64,000 nt of DNA. It comes from a virus. The stretch is from positions 12,747 to 76,746 of the IMG/VR virus record IMGVR_UViG_3300034105_002043. The stretch is one strand, 5' to 3'. Position 1 is the first letter of the stretch, and each line of letters begins with the position of its first letter. The position numbers and the translations under genes are program-made. Shown here piece by piece: positions 33,801 to 42,963 of this stretch. The notes under the pieces are model-generated. The model was not told the origin of the DNA, ran no database searches, and saw only the letters and a list, made by a program, of their open reading frames with translations.

Positions 33801-36800
33801 TTAATTTACTTTTCCTCCTTTTTCAAATCTCCAATCATCTAACGAACCGTCAAACAACATCGCATCAACCAATTTAACTTGGCTTGAATTAAACACGGCG
33901 GTTGCTTTAGTTACATTTTCAACCATTTCTCCTGATTCATTTATTATCATATCGCTTGGATTATTTTCATAGTAAATAAAACCGTCATAAGTTGTATTAT
34001 CTCTGATGTGCTTATTCAATTCAGGGAATTGTCTAATTACATACCAAGCCCTGAAGTTTCTTCCAATTAACTGATTATTCATAATTGCCATAGCAACATT
34101 AGGAGGTAATACGTCATATATTTTAGCAAGAGGATATAAAGTATCAATGTATTGTATAATATCTCTTAAATCAACTTCTTCAACCCCAAAAGGAGTTAAG
34201 TCAATTGGGTTTTTAACATTCACAAAACATTGTGTTAAATAATCTCCTTGTTTTTGATATGGACTGTCTGTTGAACTAAACCATTCAGCATAACTTCTGT
34301 TTTCAGCCAAATAAAGAACACCATTACTTACTTGTCTGTAAGAATATTTGATACGTTTTGCCCCGTGATACATAACGCAAGGCTTACCACTTTCGGTTAA
34401 AACTTTACTAACGTAATCATAATCTTTTGTAACTAACGCTTTTTCCCAATCCCCAAACCAATTTTTGAAATTTTCAGTATAAATTACTGTGTCTATTTCT
34501 TGTTGAGGAACTTCGTTAATCATTATCTCTCCTTTTCCAAGTTCTTTCCAATCTTCTCCTTTTTCCAATCTGTCAATTACTTTTGACAAAATATAAAAAG
34601 CACCACCGTTTTTCAATTCAGTAATTCTTGTTATTTCTTTTTGGACTTCAGTTATTTTCTTCATTAACTCAATACGCTCATACATAAAAGAACTTTCAGG
34701 AGTAAAACTCAAAGCAAGTTCGTATTCCTCTTTTACCTCTTTTAATAATTGTAAATTTTCTTCGTACTTCTTCGTATTGTATTTTTTAGATGCTTGAGAA
34801 GCAATTCCCTCTAAAACACCAACTGCTTTTTTCAAATCATCAATTTCTTGAACCGAACCTAAAGCACCGCTTACAGTAGGCGTTTGAGTCTTTTTAGAGT
34901 TTGAGAAAAATTCTGTAAAATTTAAACCTTTATTATAAACAGTAAGATTGTCCATTATATTGATTTTTTCTTCATCATCTGTTAAAAGGTCAAATGTTGT
35001 TTCTTCTGTTGCTAAACTTAATTCTCCATACTCTATTTCGTTATCAGTAAATATGCTTAATTTAACCTTGTCGTCAAATTCATCTATATTTGTAACTAAA
35101 TCTTTTAAAATTTTAAAAAATTCTTCAAAATTTTCCGCAGTTTTTTGATATGCTACTGAAGTATTATTTTTTTGATTTACATATAACTTTATTTTGTTAA
35201 CAACAGGTTCTTTCATAGTTGTTGAAGCAGGTAAACCAATACCTAAATCTGATGGGAATATTTCTTTATAACCATCTATTAAGTCATACTCTTTTTTAAT
35301 TCCACTCCAAACTACAAAATCTTTAGGATATATAACTATATAAACATCTTGAGAATAGTCTTTATTACCAACAGAAGAGTCAATAGGAATACCAATTTCT
35401 ATAAGTTTATCTATTACCTTATCTCTTAATTCAACATCATCTCCAATCCATATTCTTGTTTCTTTTAAATCGTCTTTTGATAAAGCAGGTAGATTAGTAA
35501 TTTGACTTCCGCTTAAAGGAATTACGTCTTCAAAAAACTTGTCAAAATTAATACCGTCAATCCACTCTTCAGTAACAGATTTTATTTGCTCATTTGTTCT
35601 TGTGCTTGGTTTAAAGTATTTTTCTCCAATAGTAAAATAATCATTTTTCTCAAATTCATTTCCGTCATTATCTTTAGCGTAGGCTCTAATAGTAAGTTCA
35701 ACATCTTTACCGTTACTATTTTTTTCAATGTCTTTTAACGATGATATGAAAGTTTGACCCGAACCTCCACCACCATAACCCGTAATGAAAGTTTGAATTT
35801 CGTTCATTCCATTTTGATTCGCCCAAAGTAGAGTAACCTGTGACGCTTCATAAGGTGCTAAATTAGAACCTTGATTTATCGGAGTAGAACTCATTTTTTT
35901 AAGACCTGAATAATCATCAAAACTTAAATTAGGATAACTTGTAATTAAAAATGTAGATATAGCATCTTTAGCATCATCTTCAGACAAAAACTCTAAAATA
36001 TTTTTCCAAAAATTATCATATATGTCTATACCCTTTGCATCAGTATTATAAAAATAATAATCTTTCCCGATTGGCAAAATTGAAACCGAACTAAATTTAT
36101 TATAGTCCACATACAATATTTTTAAAAAATCATATAGTTGTTTTATTGAATATTTTCTTTTAGACCCTGTATTTCCTGTACTATCGTTTTTATACCCAAC
36201 TGCTACTTGAAATACTTCTTTATTGGTAGCAGGTGCTTGAGATGAAGCCGAAGTTGAAACATTAGCATTAGTAGAACTAACAAAATTTGAAAAGAATTCA
36301 GTCCAATCATAATTTTCAAAAGCACGATTCAACTCAAATATTTCTTTTAATTTTTCATATTTAGGTTCTAAACCTGCATTACGATTATAATACATAGAAC
36401 TCAAAGGGTCTTTCATTTCAACTCTGATATAATCTCCACCACCATTCGGGTTAATATAAAAGTAAATTTCGTCCTGACCAACAGTTGTAGTGTCAAGATA
36501 AAGTCGTACTTTTTCAATGTCTGAAAAACTTGCTCCATTTTCAACATACAGTCTTTCAACTTTTGGTTTGGCGGAAGCGGTAGTAGTCTGTGTTGATTTT
36601 CTAATAAATTCAGAAAAATCTAATTCAGGAAAATTACCAAACTCTAACTCACTCATAAATTCTGCTTCAGCATCTTCAAAAGAATTATTCAAAACTATTT
36701 CTTTTAAACGGTCTGTAATAATAGAACTACCTACTACAAAATTACTACCTAAAGGCTGAATATTGATGAATTCTAATTTCAAGCCGTATGCTTCTTTTAA

Positions 36801-39800
36801 TAAATTGAAAAGTTCTTCAGGCGTTTTTAATATTTTCTCCTCTAAAGACAAGCCTGTTTCTTTCCAACCAATCATTACACTTTCAACTATTGGTTTATTT
36901 TTAGTTGGCGATTTAATTCCAAATATCTCCGATTCAGTTATTTTTCTTTTAGGGCTATTATTAAAACTTTTTGGATTATTACCATAAGAAATACTTGTTT
37001 TTGTAAAATATAAATAATTAAAATTATTGTAATCAATAGTTTTTCCTCCAACATTTTCCCATTCCCAACCATCTTCAAATGCTTTCTTCTGAACCTTAAC
37101 TGATAATTCAGGATTATTTGAAACATCTATTTTAGTCATAGAAAAATCAAATGGTTTTGTCGAAGTTAAAGCATTAGAAGTTGATGACGCAACACCCATA
37201 TTTGTTACATCAATCCCTAAATCTGACGGAAAAATTTCTTTTCGCATTGTATCTTCATCAAATTCTTCTTTACTCTCTTTGTAAACAACAAAATCATAAC
37301 CAAAAATATTTATATCTATGTTTTTATCTGCATTAGGGTTGCCATTAATATTGTCAAACGGAATTCCAATTTCTTGAAGTTTAGCAATTACCTTATCTCT
37401 TAATTCAACATTGTCGCCAATCCAAATTCTACTATTGTACAACTCTTCTTTTGTTAGAGGGGTTTTAGCAGAAGTTGAAGCAGTTGCTTGAGGTTGTGCT
37501 AAATTTGGAATTGGCAAGTCTTTTGAGATAATATCTTTCATTTTAGATAATGCCTCAAGACCTTGATAAAAAACTATTTTACGTTGATACCTTTTAGTAA
37601 CCTTTTCTTCTATTAATGTTATCGCAGGAATATTAGTTGATACTTCAAAAATTCCGTTTGCTATTTTACCTGCTATAACTTTAGTTAAACATATTTGCTC
37701 TTTTATGTTTGCAAAAGTGTTTACTAACCAATCCGAACCTCTCCAATCACGAATATAAATTTGTTGTGAGAAACTACCATAAAAGTCTTTTTTAACAGGT
37801 AACAGTATAACAGGTATTTCTTGCCCCGTAGGCGTTTTAACTAATTCCTGAACTGAATTGTTTAAAATTACGGGCATTATTGTTTCAGGTTGAAGAAGTT
37901 GATTAACATTTACTCCTAAACCTTGTAATTTAGCAATCGCATTTGGGTCAAGACCTCCGCCATTAGCGAAATCACTTTCAATAATATCAACTGAATCGCC
38001 CTCTATATTTGCATCAATAGGTGTTATTCCGCCGTTATCATAACTACCTGTTTCAACAAATTTCAATAAATCAGAAAGATTTTCTATATCATCTAAATTC
38101 TTTTTATCGTTAGTCCCAAGAACATAATAGTTATAACACCAAACAAAATCACTTATTCCCTTTTTAAAAGAAGTCATAAAGTCTTGTTTACCACTAACGT
38201 TAACGGCTAAATAAGGGTGTATCTTTAAAGTTGTCGTTCTGTCTTTAGTAAAATCTGTACTTCCGTCAGGTCTAAAAGGAAAATCGTCTTGTTTGTATTT
38301 AATACTTAAAGCACCCCAACCGTATAAGTGAACAGTACCCTCTGAAATTGGATTACCATAACCCGTTGACATATAAACAGAATTTGCAAAAGCATCTGAT
38401 TGTATGTAATCTAATGTTTCTTCTAAATTTTCAAACTTTTTACTTGGGAAATTTCTTGAACTGAAAACATCAAATCTTGGTTTTGATTGGTTTTTGTTTT
38501 TCTCGTAATACTCTTTATCGTATTTCAAAGAGAATAAAATATTTTCTGCCTTTTCTTGTGATACGCCTAATTTTTTTGAAATTACGCCAACCGCTTCTAA
38601 CTCTTTTATTTTATCTGCTTCTTCCTTTATTCTTTGAGAAATGTATCTATTATTTCCTCTACCAACTTTAAGTTTTGCAAAATACTTTTCAGGTAAACGG
38701 AAAACTAATTCTCCATCATTAGCCAACATATCGTAATCAAGTATTGTTACGGTATTAAATTTGTCGCCAAACTCGGTACTTGCATACAACTTACCTATGT
38801 TTTTAGAATTAAATTTTGCCGAAGCGTCTTTGAGCATTTTGTAATCCTCTTCTTGTTGGTCTTCCGATACAGAATAGCCATATTTACCCCACTCCAAAGC
38901 AACACCGTAATCTATTTGGTCTTCGTCATAAATGCCTTTGTAGTGTGAATTATCGGTAAATGATAGAAATTCTTTTTCAATGTTTTTTAAATTGCCTTTA
39001 GTAACTAATCCGCCTTTAGCAAAAGCCAAACCGCTTTCCATTCCAACCATTCCGTCTGCTTCTAAATCCATAACGTCATTATAGTTATTCAAATCTCTTG
39101 CAGGAGTATCTCCTTTTTTAGATTTCTCAACCAATTCTTGTCTTTGGATATGTCCGCCCATTTTAAGCCCTGCTTTTTGAAGAATAGTGTAGTAATTAGG
39201 GTTTTCTACTAAATGGTCTTTAGCAACTCTTGTACGCTCTTTAAAATCAGCAAAGTGTTCTTTCTCTACCTCCAAGCCTTTTGCAAGTTCTTCGTTTATG
39301 TGGGTCAAAGAAACATTGTGCATTTCAGCAATTTGCTTTAATGATTTACCACTTGATAAATGACCTCCCTGTTTGAATTTACCTGATTCTTCAAATTGCT
39401 TACCCTCTTCTGTGGCATCAACAAAAATAACGTCCTCTTTTGAAAGACCTAAATCTGTTCTAACGGTATTTATCATAAAAGAGTTAAGTCCTTGTCTTTG
39501 GAAGTCGGGTCTTACCGTCATCATTTGAACGTAAAGTTTATTTTCTGCTTCACTAAAAAAACATTCAATAATACCAATTAAATGCTCCGCACCCTTATTG
39601 GCTTTTTGATATTTTTTTGTCCAAACCTGTTTTAATGGAGGCACAAAATCTTTATGAAATTGAGCGTATTTTATAGCAAACGGGAAGAACAAGAAATCAA
39701 ACTCTTGGTTGTTCAATTTTTCAATAGCGTTTGGAATATCATAAACCCAAAAATAAATCTTGTTTTTTGGTAGTAAAAAATTACCTGTCTTCTCTCTATA

Positions 39801-40646
39801 AAACACAGATGAATATCTATCAGAGTCAAAATTTTTAGAATAGTCTTCATCTATTTCCTCAACCATTGTTTCCCCGCCTAACTTAAATTTGTTCTTTTTA
39901 GAGAACTTTGATATTTGGTTTGAGTCTTCAACATAGTAAGTTTTCATAGTTTTTCTACCCTTTGAGTAGGCATTGTTCATTCTATGATTACCGTCAATTA
40001 AAACCTCTTCGCCACTTTCTGTGAGAACAGTAATACCATTTGGTTTTCTGAAATCTATTTTGTGGTTTTCTGCATAATTTTTATCGTACACAGGATACTT
40101 CATTGGGAATGTTTCAACCTCTTTAGTTTTTAAACGAAGTTTGCCTTTTTTGATAGCATTATAGATTGCATCTACGTCATAGGTTGTATCTCCTGAAGAA
40201 AACTGTTGTTTACCTTTTTTTAAGGTAGAGTTCATACCTAAAGAGTTTGCTATGTCAGTATCTTTAACTACTTTTCCGCCTAATTTATACTCACAATCTG
40301 TTGTGTGTATTTTAGCAGGAATATCTCCACCGTTAGCAAAAGAAACTCCACCCCCTTTTTCGTTAATAGCCGAAAGGATTTCACGATTAGTCATCATTTT
40401 ACCCTCAAACTCACGTTTGGTTTGGTCGCTTACGGCAGGAGCAGTAATAACTACCTCGCCACCCTGCATTTCTAAAGGCTGACCTGTTGCTTTGTTTACG
40501 GCTTTTATACCTCCGTCTTTATGTAATTTACCAACCAAGTAACCCGACATAGTTCCCTTGTCGTGAATAATTGTTTGACCTTCTTTTTTTCCAACTAAAA
40601 CTCCACCCGCAGGTGTATTTTCTGCTTTTTCTTCGTTTATATTCAT
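33801..40646 (-). CDS. polyvalent protein 3 (ParB-like, GNAT, DUF5661-like, internal repeats, C-terminal ART-PolyVal-like)
   Basis: VLIDGNHR; VRPDFQRQGL; ELAKGLEVEKEH...AKDHL.E.PNYY; RIWIGDxVELRDKV x2; FKNWFGDWE...GKP.VMYHG; about 10 [FYML]xxGG linkers. Confidence 0.8.
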   Translation of the reverse strand: MNINEEKAENTPAGGVLVGKKEGQTIIHDKGTMSGYLVGKLHKDGGIKAVNKATGQPLEMQGGEVVITAPAVSDQTKREFEGKMMTNREILSAINEKGGGVSFANGGDIPAKIHTTDCEYKLGGKVVKDTDIANSLGMNSTLKKGKQQFSSGDTTYDVDAIYNAIKKGKLRLKTKEVETFPMKYPVYDKNYAENHKIDFRKPNGITVLTESGEEVLIDGNHRMNNAYSKGRKTMKTYYVEDSNQISKFSKKNKFKLGGETMVEEIDEDYSKNFDSDRYSSVFYREKTGNFLLPKNKIYFWVYDIPNAIEKLNNQEFDFLFFPFAIKYAQFHKDFVPPLKQVWTKKYQKANKGAEHLIGIIECFFSEAENKLYVQMMTVRPDFQRQGLNSFMINTVRTDLGLSKEDVIFVDATEEGKQFEESGKFKQGGHLSSGKSLKQIAEMHNVSLTHINEELAKGLEVEKEHFADFKERTRVAKDHLVENPNYYTILQKAGLKMGGHIQRQELVEKSKKGDTPARDLNNYNDVMDLEADGMVGMESGLAFAKGGLVTKGNLKNIEKEFLSFTDNSHYKGIYDEDQIDYGVALEWGKYGYSVSEDQQEEDYKMLKDASAKFNSKNIGKLYASTEFGDKFNTVTILDYDMLANDGELVFRLPEKYFAKLKVGRGNNRYISQRIKEEADKIKELEAVGVISKKLGVSQEKAENILFSLKYDKEYYEKNKNQSKPRFDVFSSRNFPSKKFENLEETLDYIQSDAFANSVYMSTGYGNPISEGTVHLYGWGALSIKYKQDDFPFRPDGSTDFTKDRTTTLKIHPYLAVNVSGKQDFMTSFKKGISDFVWCYNYYVLGTNDKKNLDDIENLSDLLKFVETGSYDNGGITPIDANIEGDSVDIIESDFANGGGLDPNAIAKLQGLGVNVNQLLQPETIMPVILNNSVQELVKTPTGQEIPVILLPVKKDFYGSFSQQIYIRDWRGSDWLVNTFANIKEQICLTKVIAGKIANGIFEVSTNIPAITLIEEKVTKRYQRKIVFYQGLEALSKMKDIISKDLPIPNLAQPQATASTSAKTPLTKEELYNSRIWIGDNVELRDKVIAKLQEIGIPFDNINGNPNADKNIDINIFGYDFVVYKESKEEFDEDTMRKEIFPSDLGIDVTNMGVASSTSNALTSTKPFDFSMTKIDVSNNPELSVKVQKKAFEDGWEWENVGGKTIDYNNFNYLYFTKTSISYGNNPKSFNNSPKRKITESEIFGIKSPTKNKPIVESVMIGWKETGLSLEEKILKTPEELFNLLKEAYGLKLEFINIQPLGSNFVVGSSIITDRLKEIVLNNSFEDAEAEFMSELEFGNFPELDFSEFIRKSTQTTTASAKPKVERLYVENGASFSDIEKVRLYLDTTTVGQDEIYFYINPNGGGDYIRVEMKDPLSSMYYNRNAGLEPKYEKLKEIFELNRAFENYDWTEFFSNFVSSTNANVSTSASSQAPATNKEVFQVAVGYKNDSTGNTGSKRKYSIKQLYDFLKILYVDYNKFSSVSILPIGKDYYFYNTDAKGIDIYDNFWKNILEFLSEDDAKDAISTFLITSYPNLSFDDYSGLKKMSSTPINQGSNLAPYEASQVTLLWANQNGMNEIQTFITGYGGGGSGQTFISSLKDIEKNSNGKDVELTIRAYAKDNDGNEFEKNDYFTIGEKYFKPSTRTNEQIKSVTEEWIDGINFDKFFEDVIPLSGSQITNLPALSKDDLKETRIWIGDDVELRDKVIDKLIEIGIPIDSSVGNKDYSQDVYIVIYPKDFVVWSGIKKEYDLIDGYKEIFPSDLGIGLPASTTMKEPVVNKIKLYVNQKNNTSVAYQKTAENFEEFFKILKDLVTNIDEFDDKVKLSIFTDNEIEYGELSLATEETTFDLLTDDEEKINIMDNLTVYNKGLNFTEFFSNSKKTQTPTVSGALGSVQEIDDLKKAVGVLEGIASQASKKYNTKKYEENLQLLKEVKEEYELALSFTPESSFMYERIELMKKITEVQKEITRITELKNGGAFYILSKVIDRLEKGEDWKELGKGEIMINEVPQQEIDTVIYTENFKNWFGDWEKALVTKDYDYVSKVLTESGKPCVMYHGAKRIKYSYRQVSNGVLYLAENRSYAEWFSSTDSPYQKQGDYLTQCFVNVKNPIDLTPFGVEEVDLRDIIQYIDTLYPLAKIYDVLPPNVAMAIMNNQLIGRNFRAWYVIRQFPELNKHIRDNTTYDGFIYYENNPSDMIINESGEMVENVTKATAVFNSSQVKLVDAMLFDGSLDDWRFEKGGKVN

Positions 40647-40649
40647 TTT

Positions 40650-42959
40650 TTATAAATCTAAAAACATTTTTAAATAATCAGGGTTTGTTGTTTGTGTTTT
40701 TCCTCCTCTACTATAATTGTTTATAGGAATTGAGGTATAAAACGTTGTATTGTCGAAACCGCATTTATGACAAACGTACATATCCCATAATTCAGAATCT
40801 TTTCTATTCCATTCCCAACCGCAGTTGATACATCTTATATCTTTACTCATTTCTCCACCATTATTATAATTAGCAACTTTATAACCTAATTCATCAATCA
40901 AGTCATCGTCTTGGCTATATCTTCCTGACTTGCTTTTACCGTTTACAATTTTGTATGTAAAGGCGTTTAATCTCGCTAATCCCCAAGCCACTCTACTGTT
41001 TGGCTTTCCGCCTGAAATAGTTGGTCTGTGAGATTTAGAATAAGCCCCCATTCCTCTACGAACAACTGCTTTAGCACTTGATAAGTTTATTTTCTTATCA
41101 GGGTGTTCAGCATTATGTTCCTTAACCTTGTTTTTTATAGCATCAACAGTCTTATCGTCAAATTTAATCAATTTTGCGCTTGATAAGTCTTTTGAAGAAC
41201 TTTTTTTGTTAATGTCGCTACCTTTAACTTGGTCTTTTTTTGGTGCGGGTGTTTGTGCTATTGTACGACCACCTTTTTCGTAGTCAACTTCTATGTCCCA
41301 ACAACCATAATGACCTGTGCTTAACATTTTTTCTTTTGCCTGTTTAAAAGTATATTTTCTATACTTCTTTTTATCTCTTGGATTTATATCCCCAAAATAA
41401 TAATAAAGTTGCTTTGGCATTATAATTTCTCTGTTATTAGAAAAATCATAAACGTTTTCATCGTCCTCAATAAAAGCGTGTCCATATCGAAGACCCTCTA
41501 TTGCACTATGTTTAACCTCTGCGTGAACTAAATAAGGCGTTCCCTTATAGTCAATATCTTTGTTTTTTATTTCTAATGCTAATTGACCTGCAACTAAATA
41601 ACAATCTCCTTTTGTCTTTCCGCCTTTGGCGTATCTAATATCATCACTCCCTGAATCAAAAGTTGTATTAGTTCCGTCAGCAAGTTTTATTTGATTAGGC
41701 TCAAAAACGACATAAGTGTTTTGAATTCTTGCATTTGCTTCAATCATATTTTCTAAAATAAGACCATCATTTTTATTAAGTAGTGCTATATCAACTTTTT
41801 CAGATAAAACTTTATACCAATGTTTACCTTTAGCATCAAAAACAAATGGTTTTTTTATATTTAAAAAACACATTAATATATTTTTTTGCTCGAAAAGATT
41901 TAATAAGTTTTTATTAAATTCAACTCTTTTTTTAGATAAATCTCTAACTATTTCTAAATCAATTTCAGATTTAGTTTCAAGCCAATTACTTAATGCTTTT
42001 TCAAATTTTTTTTCAATTAATTTTGTTTCTTTTGTTTTTTTAGTTAAATCCAAAGAATAGTTTTGAGCAGTTTTCTTATCGTTTGTAAAGTAAGCACCAT
42101 AATCTCTAATTCCAAATCCAAATTCATCTTCTTTTATTCTATCTACCATTTCAAAAATAGTAAAATCTTTTGTTGTCCCGTGATAAACAACTAACGGCTC
42201 TCCGTTTTCGTCAACAACTTTACTCGCATTAGCAGGGTCGTTTTCCCAATCCCCAAACCATTTTTTAAACGCAGGAGTACGAACTAATTCGTACTGCGTA
42301 GCATTTAGATTACTTGGTTTTCCGTTAGGTGCTAATAACCCCCCTTTTTCAAATCGAATATCATCACTCCCTGAATCAAAAGTTGCATTAGTTCCGTCAG
42401 CGTTTTTTATTTGATTTGAATTAGAAACCATATATATATTTCCGCAATATTTATATTTGTTTTTAATATAGTCATCTACGGAAATTTCTTCAGAAGTATC
42501 TATAATATCTTCTACAATTATTCCATCAGTATTTTGTGGTACAAAAATGTCATAAAAATAAGATGATTCGTTTTTGTTTACAGCCCACCACAAAGCAGAA
42601 TCTAACTTGTTTATATACCTTTCAACATCATTAAATTGAGAGCAATTAGCGTTCCAATTTACGGGTCTTTTTATATTTATAAAACAAGACAAAACATCAT
42701 TTCCGTAAGTTTCCGCTACTATTTTTTTGTCTGTAAAATAATGAGCAGTTACTTCATTGCTAAATTCATTTATTGCAACATAACTTCCGTGATAAACAAC
42801 CAAAGGCTCTCCGTTCTCGTCAACAACTTTACTCGAATTAGCAGGGTCGTTTTCCCAATCCCCAAACCATTTTTTAAACGCAGGAGTACGAACTAATTCG
42901 TACTGCGTAGCATTAAGGTTGCTTGGTTTTCCGTTAGGTGCTAATAACTTGTTGCTCAT
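40650..42959 (-). CDS. polyvalent protein 4 (2x ART-PolyVal-like, Cys-His protease/transglutaminase-like, DUF5824-like, Zn ribbon)
   Basis: RTPAFKKWFGDWE...GEPLVVYHG x2; GDCY...GHAFIED; VVRRGMGAY..SHRP...WGLARLNAF; CINC...CHKC; each bounded by FEKGG/YAKGG/YEKGG/YNNGG/YSRGG. Confidence 0.8.
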   Translation of the reverse strand: MSNKLLAPNGKPSNLNATQYELVRTPAFKKWFGDWENDPANSSKVVDENGEPLVVYHGSYVAINEFSNEVTAHYFTDKKIVAETYGNDVLSCFINIKRPVNWNANCSQFNDVERYINKLDSALWWAVNKNESSYFYDIFVPQNTDGIIVEDIIDTSEEISVDDYIKNKYKYCGNIYMVSNSNQIKNADGTNATFDSGSDDIRFEKGGLLAPNGKPSNLNATQYELVRTPAFKKWFGDWENDPANASKVVDENGEPLVVYHGTTKDFTIFEMVDRIKEDEFGFGIRDYGAYFTNDKKTAQNYSLDLTKKTKETKLIEKKFEKALSNWLETKSEIDLEIVRDLSKKRVEFNKNLLNLFEQKNILMCFLNIKKPFVFDAKGKHWYKVLSEKVDIALLNKNDGLILENMIEANARIQNTYVVFEPNQIKLADGTNTTFDSGSDDIRYAKGGKTKGDCYLVAGQLALEIKNKDIDYKGTPYLVHAEVKHSAIEGLRYGHAFIEDDENVYDFSNNREIIMPKQLYYYFGDINPRDKKKYRKYTFKQAKEKMLSTGHYGCWDIEVDYEKGGRTIAQTPAPKKDQVKGSDINKKSSSKDLSSAKLIKFDDKTVDAIKNKVKEHNAEHPDKKINLSSAKAVVRRGMGAYSKSHRPTISGGKPNSRVAWGLARLNAFTYKIVNGKSKSGRYSQDDDLIDELGYKVANYNNGGEMSKDIRCINCGWEWNRKDSELWDMYVCHKCGFDNTTFYTSIPINNYSRGGKTQTTNPDYLKMFLDL
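42179..42948 (-). repeat. direct repeats of ART-domain flanks
   Basis: 42789-42948 approx. equals 42179-42339; 42360-42401 approx. equals 41640-41681. Confidence 0.9.
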
Positions 42960-42963
42960 ATTC

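Noticed and set aside
15373-40646. Giant ORFs as tape-measure/tail fibre or virion RNA polymerase
   Set aside because: No long helical TMP pattern, beta-helix or collagen repeats, and no DxDGD polymerase motif recognised; composed of short enzyme-like modules
41640-42948. Repeat pair as DGR template/variable region
   Set aside because: Mismatches are not adenine-specific and no reverse transcriptase is present in the window
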